DNA of 64,000 nt from an uncultured Gammaproteobacteria bacterium (lineage in GTDB: Bacteria > Patescibacteriota > Microgenomatia > Levybacterales > UBA12049): assembly GCA_964408485.1 (NCBI GenBank), contig CAYOZJ010000002.1, positions 5,235 through 69,234 of the forward strand. Reading direction: 5' to 3'. Position 1 is the stretch's first letter. Each line of letters opens with the position of its first letter. The notes under the pieces are model-generated. The model saw only the letters and a list, made by a program, of their open reading frames with translations, was not told the origin of the DNA and did not search any database. Positions 55,964 to 64,000 of the stretch are shown one piece after another. The position numbers were made by a program, and so were the translations under genes.

Positions 55964-56656
55964 TCAGGGCTCATAAAATCTTTTTCCTCCAATCAAATCT
56001 TCAACAATTTCCTCGACCCTATCTGGGTGGGGAAGATTGTGGAATTCAAAATTGTCTAGTGTTCCTGCTGTTTGAATGAGGACAAATCCGTAACCTAGAA
56101 TATTGGGTAAGACGCCTGTTTGGTTATAGCTAACATCCTGGACTAAGGCGAGTTTGGTCTCTGCTACATCTTTAAAAACAATTTGATGAAAATCAATATC
56201 AACAACACGTTTATTGGTAATAAGTGCTGCATTGTAATACCACGTAACAAAATTCACAAATGCATAAATAGCAACTAAAAGATAATAAAACGGGATAATA
56301 ACCAAAATCACATTGAGCGGAGGAATGAGAGTAAGAAATGAATCATGTAAAAAATACAAAACAAGAGGGATAATAAGAAAAATAGCTGTTGTAAAGATCC
56401 ACGGAAAATTAACCCATTGTGATTTTCGAAGAAATACTAACACCTGCTCATCTGGCTCTTGTGTTTGAAACGTTACATTGGATGGCCGCTCACAAAAAGA
56501 GGCAAATAAATGAAGCTTTCCTATCTTGTCATGCATTCGATGCATTTTGTCCATCATTTTTTCCCTTGTTGTGCTTGTTGTTGGTTGAGTTATGGTGGAT
56601 GCATCCTGGGTAGGTTCTTCTGTTGCTTCGGAAAATCGTTGGTCGCGATCACTCAT
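55964..56656 (-). CDS. bacterial PH-domain (bPH_2/YdbS-like) membrane protein
   Basis: 230 aa with two TM helices followed by a bPH-like segment (NKRVVDIDFHQIVFKDVAETKLALVQDV...). Confidence 0.45.
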   Translation of the reverse strand: MSDRDQRFSEATEEPTQDASTITQPTTSTTREKMMDKMHRMHDKIGKLHLFASFCERPSNVTFQTQEPDEQVLVFLRKSQWVNFPWIFTTAIFLIIPLVLYFLHDSFLTLIPPLNVILVIIPFYYLLVAIYAFVNFVTWYYNAALITNKRVVDIDFHQIVFKDVAETKLALVQDVSYNQTGVLPNILGYGFVLIQTAGTLDNFEFHNLPHPDRVEEIVEDLIGGKRFYEP

Positions 56657-56674
56657 AGCTTTATGATATCACAA

Positions 56675-58501
56675 TCAGTGAATTTCTAAGTTATATAAGT
56701 AGCCAACGATTTGAATCTTTGCAGGAGCGCGAAGATTAAAATATTTCCTAAATGTTACTGCGTCAACATCAAAACTTCCTTGGTCGCCTTGCAAGTGCAC
56801 TGTTGACGATTTTCCACTTCCAAAATCTGCATCAACTGACCCACCACTAATTGAAGAGAATGGTGTACGGTATTTTGAAAGCTCAGACTTTACTTTATCA
56901 GGTGACCACATGTCTGGATCTGCAACATCAGGCTGCAAAATATGTGAATCTGCTGACGAATCATTTTGAACAAGAAGAATTGAATTAACAATATCTGCCA
57001 TCTCACTAGACGTCATCCACGCTGTATTGTTGTATTGAGACCTGCCGCCCCAGTCGCAGTAAAACCAGGGAGAATCTTTGTCATATGCATTGCTATTTAA
57101 GCTACTCCAGGAAGTAATAGTGCTTGATGCATCTTGTCCTCTTTTGGTGAATGATGTTGCGGCCCAGCCAATATCGCTAGTTGTAAAAATGTATCCTCCA
57201 TGTGTTGAAGAAAAGTATGCGGCAATAGGATTTCCCCCTTGTACCATAACTTGTCCTGCTGTTGCACTGACTGCGCCGTCCCAATTTCCGCCTTTTGGAT
57301 CGGTTTTGAATACCTGGCAACTTTGTGTTGCACAGATGGATTTTGCACCGTTATTTGTCTCGGCCATTACGTAGGAGCGAGCAGCAATTGCCTGTGCTTT
57401 GAGTGCTGCAGAACCATTGTCTGTCCAACTATCTGGGACTTCATAGATGCGTCTCACATAATCATCTAAGCTTCCTGACCAAATGACATTGCCGCTATCA
57501 TAGCCATTACTGTCATTAACTCGGATTGTTGCGCTCATATTCTGGTATCCATCAAAATTGTAATAGGCATGGAGAATTGCATCGCTATCCTGTCCTGCCT
57601 TTGCCCGCCCTAGTGCGCCGTACTGGTTAAGGCCAACACGATTTGGAACGCCATAACTAAAGAGTCCGAATTCTGTTCCGCCAAATCCAGGACTTTTATA
57701 TGGATTTATATCACTACTACAGCCTCCTCCGGCAATAGCAAAAAGAGGAATATTCAAGCTTCCTAGTTTTGCAGAGAGCAATGATTGCTGTTTGGCAGAT
57801 AAATCCGATATTTGGCTTGAAAGAGTTGCTTGGTACGCTTTAGCTCCCGAGACAATGGTATTCAATTTTGCAGATTGCTCATCAAGACTTGCCTTAAGAG
57901 TGACAAGGCGAGATTTTTCACTTTCCAAGTCTTTTTGTTTTTGCTCTAGTCCTGAAATATTCAAGGCAATATTAGTAATAATCTGTTTGTCAGAATCTGC
58001 TGCGACTTTTTGATACTGAAGAATTTGAGTAATTTCCTGCGCAGAATTGCCGGAAAAGAAAATAAGAATAGGGGAATTGTAGGAGGATTTAATATAGAAA
58101 TTACGAATTGCCTTATTGAGTAAATCTTTTTTTGCATCTAAGTCTTTGTAGCCATTATCAATTTGCAGTTGTTTCGTTGCAACATCTTGCTCAATTTGAC
58201 CAACACGAGCTTTGATTCCTGCAATTTGTGTCTGCATGGAATTGAGTTGAGACTCAAGTGGTCTAGTCGCATTAATGGATTGGTTAAGTGCTGAACTTAA
58301 ATCACTGATCTGTTTTGTGAGTGCGTCAAATGCGTTTTGATCAAAATCATCTGCGTGATTTGGGGTTACAAGAACAAACAATGAAGAAATAATAAAAAGT
58401 GACGTTAAAAGAATACTAAAGAATGTTTTCATGGCAGGGAATAGATTTACTATACCAGAAGTTTGAATCTGGAACAAATAATGGTTGATCGTTTTTCTCA
58501 A
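56675..58501 (-). CDS. SpoIID/LytB-domain protein with N-terminal signal anchor and long coiled coil
   Basis: 608 aa. The C-terminus (GLNQYGALGRAKAGQDSDAILHAYY) resembles the SpoIID/LytB lytic transglycosylase motif (MSQYGA.GMA..G..Y..IL.HYY). The N-terminal half is a Gln/Leu/Lys-rich coiled coil like PcsB-type wall hydrolases. Confidence 0.5.
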   Translation of the reverse strand: MRKTINHYLFQIQTSGIVNLFPAMKTFFSILLTSLFIISSLFVLVTPNHADDFDQNAFDALTKQISDLSSALNQSINATRPLESQLNSMQTQIAGIKARVGQIEQDVATKQLQIDNGYKDLDAKKDLLNKAIRNFYIKSSYNSPILIFFSGNSAQEITQILQYQKVAADSDKQIITNIALNISGLEQKQKDLESEKSRLVTLKASLDEQSAKLNTIVSGAKAYQATLSSQISDLSAKQQSLLSAKLGSLNIPLFAIAGGGCSSDINPYKSPGFGGTEFGLFSYGVPNRVGLNQYGALGRAKAGQDSDAILHAYYNFDGYQNMSATIRVNDSNGYDSGNVIWSGSLDDYVRRIYEVPDSWTDNGSAALKAQAIAARSYVMAETNNGAKSICATQSCQVFKTDPKGGNWDGAVSATAGQVMVQGGNPIAAYFSSTHGGYIFTTSDIGWAATSFTKRGQDASSTITSWSSLNSNAYDKDSPWFYCDWGGRSQYNNTAWMTSSEMADIVNSILLVQNDSSADSHILQPDVADPDMWSPDKVKSELSKYRTPFSSISGGSVDADFGSGKSSTVHLQGDQGSFDVDAVTFRKYFNLRAPAKIQIVGYLYNLEIH

Positions 58502-58519
58502 TTGGTTTAGTATGAAATT

Positions 58520-59488
58520 ATGCAGTTATTTGACGTTGTTACTATTGGGGATGCAATTGTTGATTTACTTGTTAGTGTTCCTGACGATCCACATATTACA
58601 ATTGACGGAAAAAAGGCTGTCATTGATTTGGGAGCTAAAATTCCAGTTGGAGATTCTTCTTTTTCTATTGGGGGTAATGCAACACATGTTGCGATTGGTC
58701 TTTCTCGATTGGGCTTTCGCGTAGCCCTAGCAGCAGAGCTGGGGACAGATGAATTTGCAGAAAAAATACTCAAAGATTTAGACCGCGAGCGTGTATCTAA
58801 AAATTTACTCAAGCAAACACCACAGGCTCTTTCAACATTTACTGTTAGTCTAACATTGGGTAATGATCGGACAACATTTGTCAGGCATATTACACGCGAA
58901 CATATTTTTTCCTTAGACCAGATGCAGGCACAGTGGATTTATTTGACATCAATGGGTGAAGAATGGGAGGAGATGTATAAAAAAACGCTTGAGTTTGTAA
59001 AAGAGACAGGTGTAAAGTTGGCCTTTAATCCCGGAAGCACACAGCTTAAAAAAGGAGTAGATAGTTTTATGAATGTTGTAAAGATGAGTGATGTACTTTT
59101 TGTAAATAAAGAGGAAGCAGAAGAGATGTTATATGGCGAGGTGCTTCCTCCTGAGAAAAAAGAGCAAACAGAGAGCTTACTTTTTAGGTTGCAGCGGATG
59201 GGACCAAAATGCATTGTGATAACCGATGGAGAAAATGGGTCATATGCAATTGATGAAGAATCAAAAGTATATATGCAGGACTCTTTCAAAGAAAAAATAA
59301 CAGAAAAAACAGGAGCAGGCGATGCATTTTCTACAGGATTTTTAGCAGGTATGCTTTCTGGAAAAGACATACAAGAATGTCTCTTGTGGGGAACAGCAGA
59401 TGCAGCAGGAGTAATTAGCAAACACGGTGGGCAAGAGGGTCTTTTGACAAAAGAAGAACTTATTCGTAAGATACAACAGAATCAATGA
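58520..59488 (+). CDS. PfkB-family carbohydrate/nucleoside kinase (ribokinase-like)
   Basis: 322 aa. The N-terminal DVVTIGDAIVDLL and the C-terminal anion hole TGAGDAFSTGFLAG. Confidence 0.75.
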   Translation: MQLFDVVTIGDAIVDLLVSVPDDPHITIDGKKAVIDLGAKIPVGDSSFSIGGNATHVAIGLSRLGFRVALAAELGTDEFAEKILKDLDRERVSKNLLKQTPQALSTFTVSLTLGNDRTTFVRHITREHIFSLDQMQAQWIYLTSMGEEWEEMYKKTLEFVKETGVKLAFNPGSTQLKKGVDSFMNVVKMSDVLFVNKEEAEEMLYGEVLPPEKKEQTESLLFRLQRMGPKCIVITDGENGSYAIDEESKVYMQDSFKEKITEKTGAGDAFSTGFLAGMLSGKDIQECLLWGTADAAGVISKHGGQEGLLTKEELIRKIQQNQ

Positions 59489-60000
59489 AGATTTATTTAG
59501 CAACTGATCACGCAGGCTTCAAGCTTAAAGAAGTTGTCAAAGAATTTTTACTTGGCCAGGATTATGAAGTAGAAGATTGTGGGGCAACCACCTTTGAGAC
59601 ACATGATGATTATCCAGATTTTATTCGCAAAGCCTCAGAAAAGATCTCTGCAAATCCTTTTGACCGTGCAATTATTTTTGGTGGCAATGGACAAGCTGAA
59701 GCACTATTGGCAAATAAGTATCCTCATGTAAAAGCTGTTGTTTTTTACGGTCCAAAAGAACCTACTACTACGGTTGATGCAACGGGAAGAGTAAGCGCAG
59801 ATCCATATGAAATGATTCGTCTTACCCGTGAGCATGATAATAGTAATGTCTTGTCACTTGCTGCGAGATTTTTAACAGATGACGAAGCATTGGAAGCAGT
59901 GAAATTGTGGCTTAAAACACCATTTTCAGAAGATGCGCGGCACGTAAGAAGGTTGGGGAAAATAGAAGATGTAGAAAAGGAGCTGTATGAGCAAAATTAG
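59485..60000 (+). CDS. rpiB: ribose-5-phosphate isomerase B (RpiB/LacAB family)
   Basis: 171 aa. MKIYLATDHAGFKLKE... and a Cys/His active-site pattern. Confidence 0.8.
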   Translation: MKIYLATDHAGFKLKEVVKEFLLGQDYEVEDCGATTFETHDDYPDFIRKASEKISANPFDRAIIFGGNGQAEALLANKYPHVKAVVFYGPKEPTTTVDATGRVSADPYEMIRLTREHDNSNVLSLAARFLTDDEALEAVKLWLKTPFSEDARHVRRLGKIEDVEKELYEQN

Positions 60001-60649
60001 AAACCCACTCCATTTGGAAATTGTCCCTGCACCAGGAACATTCCCTTGGGAGGAGATAGAGAAGAGAATAGAAAGCGTTCTCCCTTTTGCAGAAAGTATT
60101 CACATCGATGTGACTGATGGAAAATTCGTTTCCCAAGTAGTGAGTTTAGATCCAACACCATTTAAAAAATATGCAGGAAGAGTTATTTTGGAAGCACATT
60201 TTATGACAGAAAATCCAATACAATATATAAAATCATTTGCTGATAACGGGTTTACTCGTTTTATTGGTCAAGTTGAGCAAGTGCCCGATATTACGGCGTT
60301 TGTTGCAGAGGCGCAGTTGTATGGAGAAGCAGGACTTGCAGTAGACGGACCAACACAATTATCTGTTTTGGATAATGTAATTCTTGATGATTTGGATGTC
60401 GTGTTGTTGTATACAGGTGAAAAAGCGGGTTTTTCAGGAGCAACAATGCTTCCTGATAGACTACAGAAAGTAATGGAGCTTCGAAAGAAAGACGCATTTC
60501 TTCCAATAGAGATTGATGGAGGTGTAAATGACCAGAATATTCTGCTTGCAAAAGATGCAGGGGTAACGCGCTTTGTGAGTACAGGATTTATTTTTAATGG
60601 CAATGTGGAAGAGAATTATACAAAACTCCAAAACCTTATTGGTCACTAG
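59987..60649 (+). CDS. rpe: ribulose-phosphate 3-epimerase family protein
   Basis: 220 aa TIM barrel. HIDVTDGKFV (compare HVDVMDGHFV) and IEIDGGV near the C-terminus. Confidence 0.65.
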   Translation: MSKIRNPLHLEIVPAPGTFPWEEIEKRIESVLPFAESIHIDVTDGKFVSQVVSLDPTPFKKYAGRVILEAHFMTENPIQYIKSFADNGFTRFIGQVEQVPDITAFVAEAQLYGEAGLAVDGPTQLSVLDNVILDDLDVVLLYTGEKAGFSGATMLPDRLQKVMELRKKDAFLPIEIDGGVNDQNILLAKDAGVTRFVSTGFIFNGNVEENYTKLQNLIGH

Positions 60650-60862
60650 TCAGCCGCTTATCAAAATAAAACGTGACGTTCGTCATCGGTAGCTCATAAT
60701 CCCAAGTGATATTTCCTACTCACTAAGCAAAAGTTACTTTCCAAAATCTAACACGAATGTACATAAGTAACTTTTGATTCAGTTTTATTTTGACTCGCGC
60801 CTGCCTATTACTCATTTGTCATTGATTGGTTTATTGGATTATTTGTATATTTGTTTATTCTC

Positions 60863-63082
60863 CTACTTTGTAGGAGTGGGTGTCCAGGTTGGAATATTCA
60901 TTACGCAGTTGACACTATTTTCTGTCCCTTTAACAAAATATTCATTTTTTCCAAAGCAAGATTTGACAACAACATCATCAGGAATTATCCGAGTAGAATC
61001 TTTTGTGTCTTTTAGCAAGTTACTCATAATTCCATGCCAAATTGGCGCAGCACCAGTAATACCGGATGCTAAATTTTGACTCATTGGACTATTGTCATTA
61101 TTTCCCACCCAGGTAATAACAACAAATTGAGGGGTACTTGCCCCGCTAGAGCTAGTATATCCATCTGTCCAGTTATCACGTTTATTGTCTGTTGTTCCTG
61201 TTTTTACCGAGACAAAATGGTTGTCGATTTTCAAAGGAGAATTGGATCCAAATTCCCAACTTCTTGCAGTATTATCTGCCAAGATATCTGAAAGAATAAA
61301 AGTTACCCCAGGATCCAATACTTTTTGTCCAGACTGATTTGTTTTGGGTTTTTCCTCAAGTGTTGTTCTTTGCGAATCAGTGATTTTAAGAATCGGATTT
61401 AAGTCAATTCTGCTGCCAAGATTTGCTAATGTTCCATATGCTGTTGCCATATCAAGCATAGATACTTCTGCGCTTCCCAACGTAACAGACAGGCCGTAGT
61501 TGCTACTGTCTAACAAATGGGAAATACCCATATTCCGTCCAGTTGCAACAAATGTATCAATGCCAATGCTGTTAAGTGTTTTGACAGCTGGAATATTAAA
61601 GGAATTAGCCAATGCTTGTCTGAGGGTCACTCTTCCATGAAATGCGCCGTCATAATTAACCGGACAATAGGGAGTAGTAAAGCCTGGAAAACAAATTGGG
61701 CTATCATCAATTGAACTTGCTGCTGTTAGTCCTTTTGCAAGCGCAGCAGCATAGGTAACCACTTTTATTGATGATCCAGGTTGGCGAAGAGATGTTGCCA
61801 AATTAACATTGCCCCAATCAGGATTATTGTAGTCAACACTCCCTACCATTGCTAGAATGTCGCCGTTTTTTGGATTCGTTACAACTGCAGCGCCATTGGT
61901 AACATGTAACGCATCATCTTTTCCAATCTCACTTGTTACAACTTGCTGTGCCATGTCTTGTATGGATAGGTCAAGGCTTGTTGTAACAGTAAGTCCTCCT
62001 TTTTCAACAATAGGGAGGCCGTATTTTTGAATAAGTAAATCTTTAATATACATAGCAAAATGAGGTGCATGAAGAGGGGTTTGCGGTTTGGCAAATTGCA
62101 GCTCTTCATTTTTTGCTTTTTGTTCTTCCGTTAATGAAATATATCCGAGATCTCTCATGTGAGACAAGACATCTGCTTGACGCTTTGTCCATAGACCAGG
62201 ATATTGTCCAAACGGACTGTACCTACTTGGGGCTTGAGGAAGTCCTGCTAAGAATGCTGACTCTGCTAAATCTAGCTGACTAACATCTTTGCCAAAATAT
62301 TGATTTGCAGCAGCCTCAACTCCCCATGCAGTGCCCCCGTAGGGGACTTCGTTAAGGTAGAGTTGGAGAATTTCATCTTTTGAGTACATATGTTCTGCCC
62401 AAAATGACAAAACAATTTCTTCAACCTTTCGTTTTATAGATTGTTCTGGAGTAAGAAGTGTTGATTTAATGAGTTGCTGTGTAATTGTTGAGCCTCCTTG
62501 AAAGCTTGTTTTGGACAGATCGGCAAGAAGCGCGCGGGCAATTGCCGCAACATCAAATCCAGGGTTTTTGTAAAAATTTTTATCCTCTATGGCAATTGTT
62601 GCATTTCGCAAATTTTTGGGAATATTTTGGAGCGGTACGATAGTCCTATCCTGGTTGGCATATATGGCATAGAGCAATTTGTGATTTCTATCAAAGATCT
62701 TTGTTGTTTGGGGGACGTTACTTAATGCTAAATTTTTAGGACTCGGGAGGAGAGAAAATAAAGCAATAAGAGAAAGGGGAATGCCAACAAATAAAAAGCA
62801 AAAAACAACACCAATACTAAAGTAACGAATTTTTGTTTTGGCAGGGATATTGTATGAGCGTAAGCGAGAGCGGGGTCTTCTCTGGGGAAGTCCTTTTAGA
62901 AGAAAACCAGTAAGGCCAAGAGATGGAATAAGAAGGAGACGGTAACAAAAATAAAACAATCTCTTGATAAAAGAAAGAAGGAAAAAAACAGCGTCGCCAA
63001 CCGTTATGAAAAATAAAGCAAAGACAAGCAGTAAGCGACTTAGTATCCTCATGTTCCTAAAGTGGACAGGAACTAAGCTCAT
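60863..63082 (-). CDS. class A penicillin-binding protein (glycosyltransferase GT51 + transpeptidase)
   Basis: 739 aa. N-terminal TM. GT51 motifs (IAIEDKNFYKNPGFD, GGSTITQQL). A transpeptidase with KTGTT and a C-terminal extension. Confidence 0.85.
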   Translation of the reverse strand: MSLVPVHFRNMRILSRLLLVFALFFITVGDAVFFLLSFIKRLFYFCYRLLLIPSLGLTGFLLKGLPQRRPRSRLRSYNIPAKTKIRYFSIGVVFCFLFVGIPLSLIALFSLLPSPKNLALSNVPQTTKIFDRNHKLLYAIYANQDRTIVPLQNIPKNLRNATIAIEDKNFYKNPGFDVAAIARALLADLSKTSFQGGSTITQQLIKSTLLTPEQSIKRKVEEIVLSFWAEHMYSKDEILQLYLNEVPYGGTAWGVEAAANQYFGKDVSQLDLAESAFLAGLPQAPSRYSPFGQYPGLWTKRQADVLSHMRDLGYISLTEEQKAKNEELQFAKPQTPLHAPHFAMYIKDLLIQKYGLPIVEKGGLTVTTSLDLSIQDMAQQVVTSEIGKDDALHVTNGAAVVTNPKNGDILAMVGSVDYNNPDWGNVNLATSLRQPGSSIKVVTYAAALAKGLTAASSIDDSPICFPGFTTPYCPVNYDGAFHGRVTLRQALANSFNIPAVKTLNSIGIDTFVATGRNMGISHLLDSSNYGLSVTLGSAEVSMLDMATAYGTLANLGSRIDLNPILKITDSQRTTLEEKPKTNQSGQKVLDPGVTFILSDILADNTARSWEFGSNSPLKIDNHFVSVKTGTTDNKRDNWTDGYTSSSGASTPQFVVITWVGNNDNSPMSQNLASGITGAAPIWHGIMSNLLKDTKDSTRIIPDDVVVKSCFGKNEYFVKGTENSVNCVMNIPTWTPTPTK

Positions 63083-63128
63083 TATATGGTGAGTTTTCAG
63101 GTTTGGAAATATCGCATTCTATATCAAA

Positions 63129-64000
63129 TTAATGAGGTGTTGGTGTTGGGCTTGGATTTGGTGGGGGGCAGGTAAGACAATATTTATCTCCAACTAAATC
63201 TGTTAAAACTGTTTCATCACGGAGTTCTAAGTTATCTGTTTGGCCAGGGTTTGGGGGTCTGCTGGTCGTTTTATCAATAAACATCTTGTCCTGAGCAATG
63301 CTTGCTGATTGCTTGTTTTGTCCTTGAATAAAGTATTCATTTCGTGTTGGACAAGCATTTTGGCCAGGAGTGCTTGGGAAAAGTCCAGTTGCTTGACACA
63401 CTGCCATTTGTACAACATTTGCAGGTCGTTGGGGTTGCTGCGCTTGTTTTTCTTGCAGCAAATAGCTCATAACTGTATGGAAAATTGGTGCTGCGCCTGT
63501 TATGCCACTGGCTAGGCCATTCATGGTTGTATTATCGTTGTTGCCAACCCAGACAGTGACAACAAAATTTGGCGTGTAACCAATGGTCCAATTATCACGA
63601 AAATCATTGGTTGTTCCTGTTTTGGCGGAAACATAATTCTTGGGAAAATACAATGCAGATGCAGGCCCAAATTCCTGAAGACGTGCACCGTTATCGGCTA
63701 AAATATCTGAAATAATAAAAGCAACGCCATCAGGCAGTACTTTCTTGCCAAAAATAGGGCTTTGAGGTGGGGTATAGGACTGTAAAAGATTTCCTTTATT
63801 GTCTTCTACTTTAAGAATTGGATGTAAGTCTATTCGGTACCCACCATTTGCAAAAACACCAAATGCGGTTGTCATATCGAGCATGGTTACTTCTCCTCCT
63901 CCTAGGGTAAGAGATAGTCCGTATTGGTCTGCGTTGTTACTGAGTGAGGAAATGCCCATCTGATGAGCAAGATTCAGTACGTCAGGTACCGTGTCTGCTT
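63129..64000 (-). CDS. class A penicillin-binding protein, C-terminal portion (N-terminus beyond window end). Tandem paralog of 60863..63082.
   Basis: The transpeptidase tail KTGTTNDFRDNWTIGYTP...WVGNNDN...LASGITGAAPIFH is closely parallel to the upstream PBP. The frame is open to nt 64000. Confidence 0.7.
   Translation of the reverse strand, partial: ADTVPDVLNLAHQMGISSLSNNADQYGLSLTLGGGEVTMLDMTTAFGVFANGGYRIDLHPILKVEDNKGNLLQSYTPPQSPIFGKKVLPDGVAFIISDILADNGARLQEFGPASALYFPKNYVSAKTGTTNDFRDNWTIGYTPNFVVTVWVGNNDNTTMNGLASGITGAAPIFHTVMSYLLQEKQAQQPQRPANVVQMAVCQATGLFPSTPGQNACPTRNEYFIQGQNKQSASIAQDKMFIDKTTSRPPNPGQTDNLELRDETVLTDLVGDKYCLTCPPPNPSPTPTPH

Noticed and set aside
1-64000. CRISPR arrays, IS elements and transposases, rRNA genes.
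   Set aside because: I saw no regularly spaced repeat-spacer structures, no DDE transposase or terminal-inverted-repeat signatures, and no rRNA-like conserved stretches. The only notable exact repeats are the 25-nt tRNA-derived repeat and the 10-nt TAGTCAATTT pair.

Overview
This 64 kb window looks like part of a small-genome, low-GC bacterial chromosome, probably Patescibacteria/CPR-like or a related Gram-positive-type lineage. That lineage call is an inference from gene content, compact proteins and wall-hydrolase types, not from a search. Genes are densely packed.

Contents in window order:
- purA (5'-truncated by the window) and purB, then a YifB/ComM-type ATPase.
- ruvC, an ICMT-like methyltransferase, ruvA and ruvB on the minus strand.
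- rplY (L25/Ctc), and valS with a leaderless-type promoter.
- A putative T-box transcription-attenuation leader ahead of a short asparaginase-N-domain gene and a YbaK/ProX deacylase gene.
- fba (class I), pgk and nth.
- A surface-polysaccharide cluster: DUF4012 protein, Wzx-like flippase and O-antigen-ligase-like protein, with rnhA between them.
- The canonical chromosomal origin neighbourhood, jag-yidC-yidD-rnpA-rpmH | dnaA-dnaN, with perfect DnaA boxes (TTATCCACA) in both flanking spacers.
- Immediately after dnaN, a roughly 17 kb type-IV-secretion-like pilus locus (28260..45647).
  - It holds a membrane-anchored CHAP amidase and a large protein with a VirB1/IagB-type lytic transglycosylase C-terminus.
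  - It has a VirB4-family ATPase, a VirB3-like bitopic protein and a VirB6-like polytopic protein.
  - It has four tandem VirB2/TrbC-like pilin paralogs, one fused to a Cys-rich ectodomain, and an intramembrane HExxH peptidase candidate.
  - It also has a wHTH regulator, a four-helix-bundle protein and a 1191-aa orphan protein.
  - No VirD4 or relaxase is seen.
  - The locus ends at a tRNA-Ser(GGA) gene whose 3' end is duplicated 108 bp away.
- Downstream are NUDIX, two tail-anchored/coiled-coil hypotheticals and seven tRNAs, five of them Ser isoacceptors and one with an unusual ACU anticodon.
- Then a VIT1 transporter, a TlyA-like methyltransferase and comFC, followed by tmRNA and smpB.
- Then cell-envelope proteins (bPH, SpoIID/LytB), PfkB kinase, rpiB and rpe, and two tandem class A PBPs, the last truncated by the window edge.

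I recognised no rRNA, CRISPR array, transposase or integrase.
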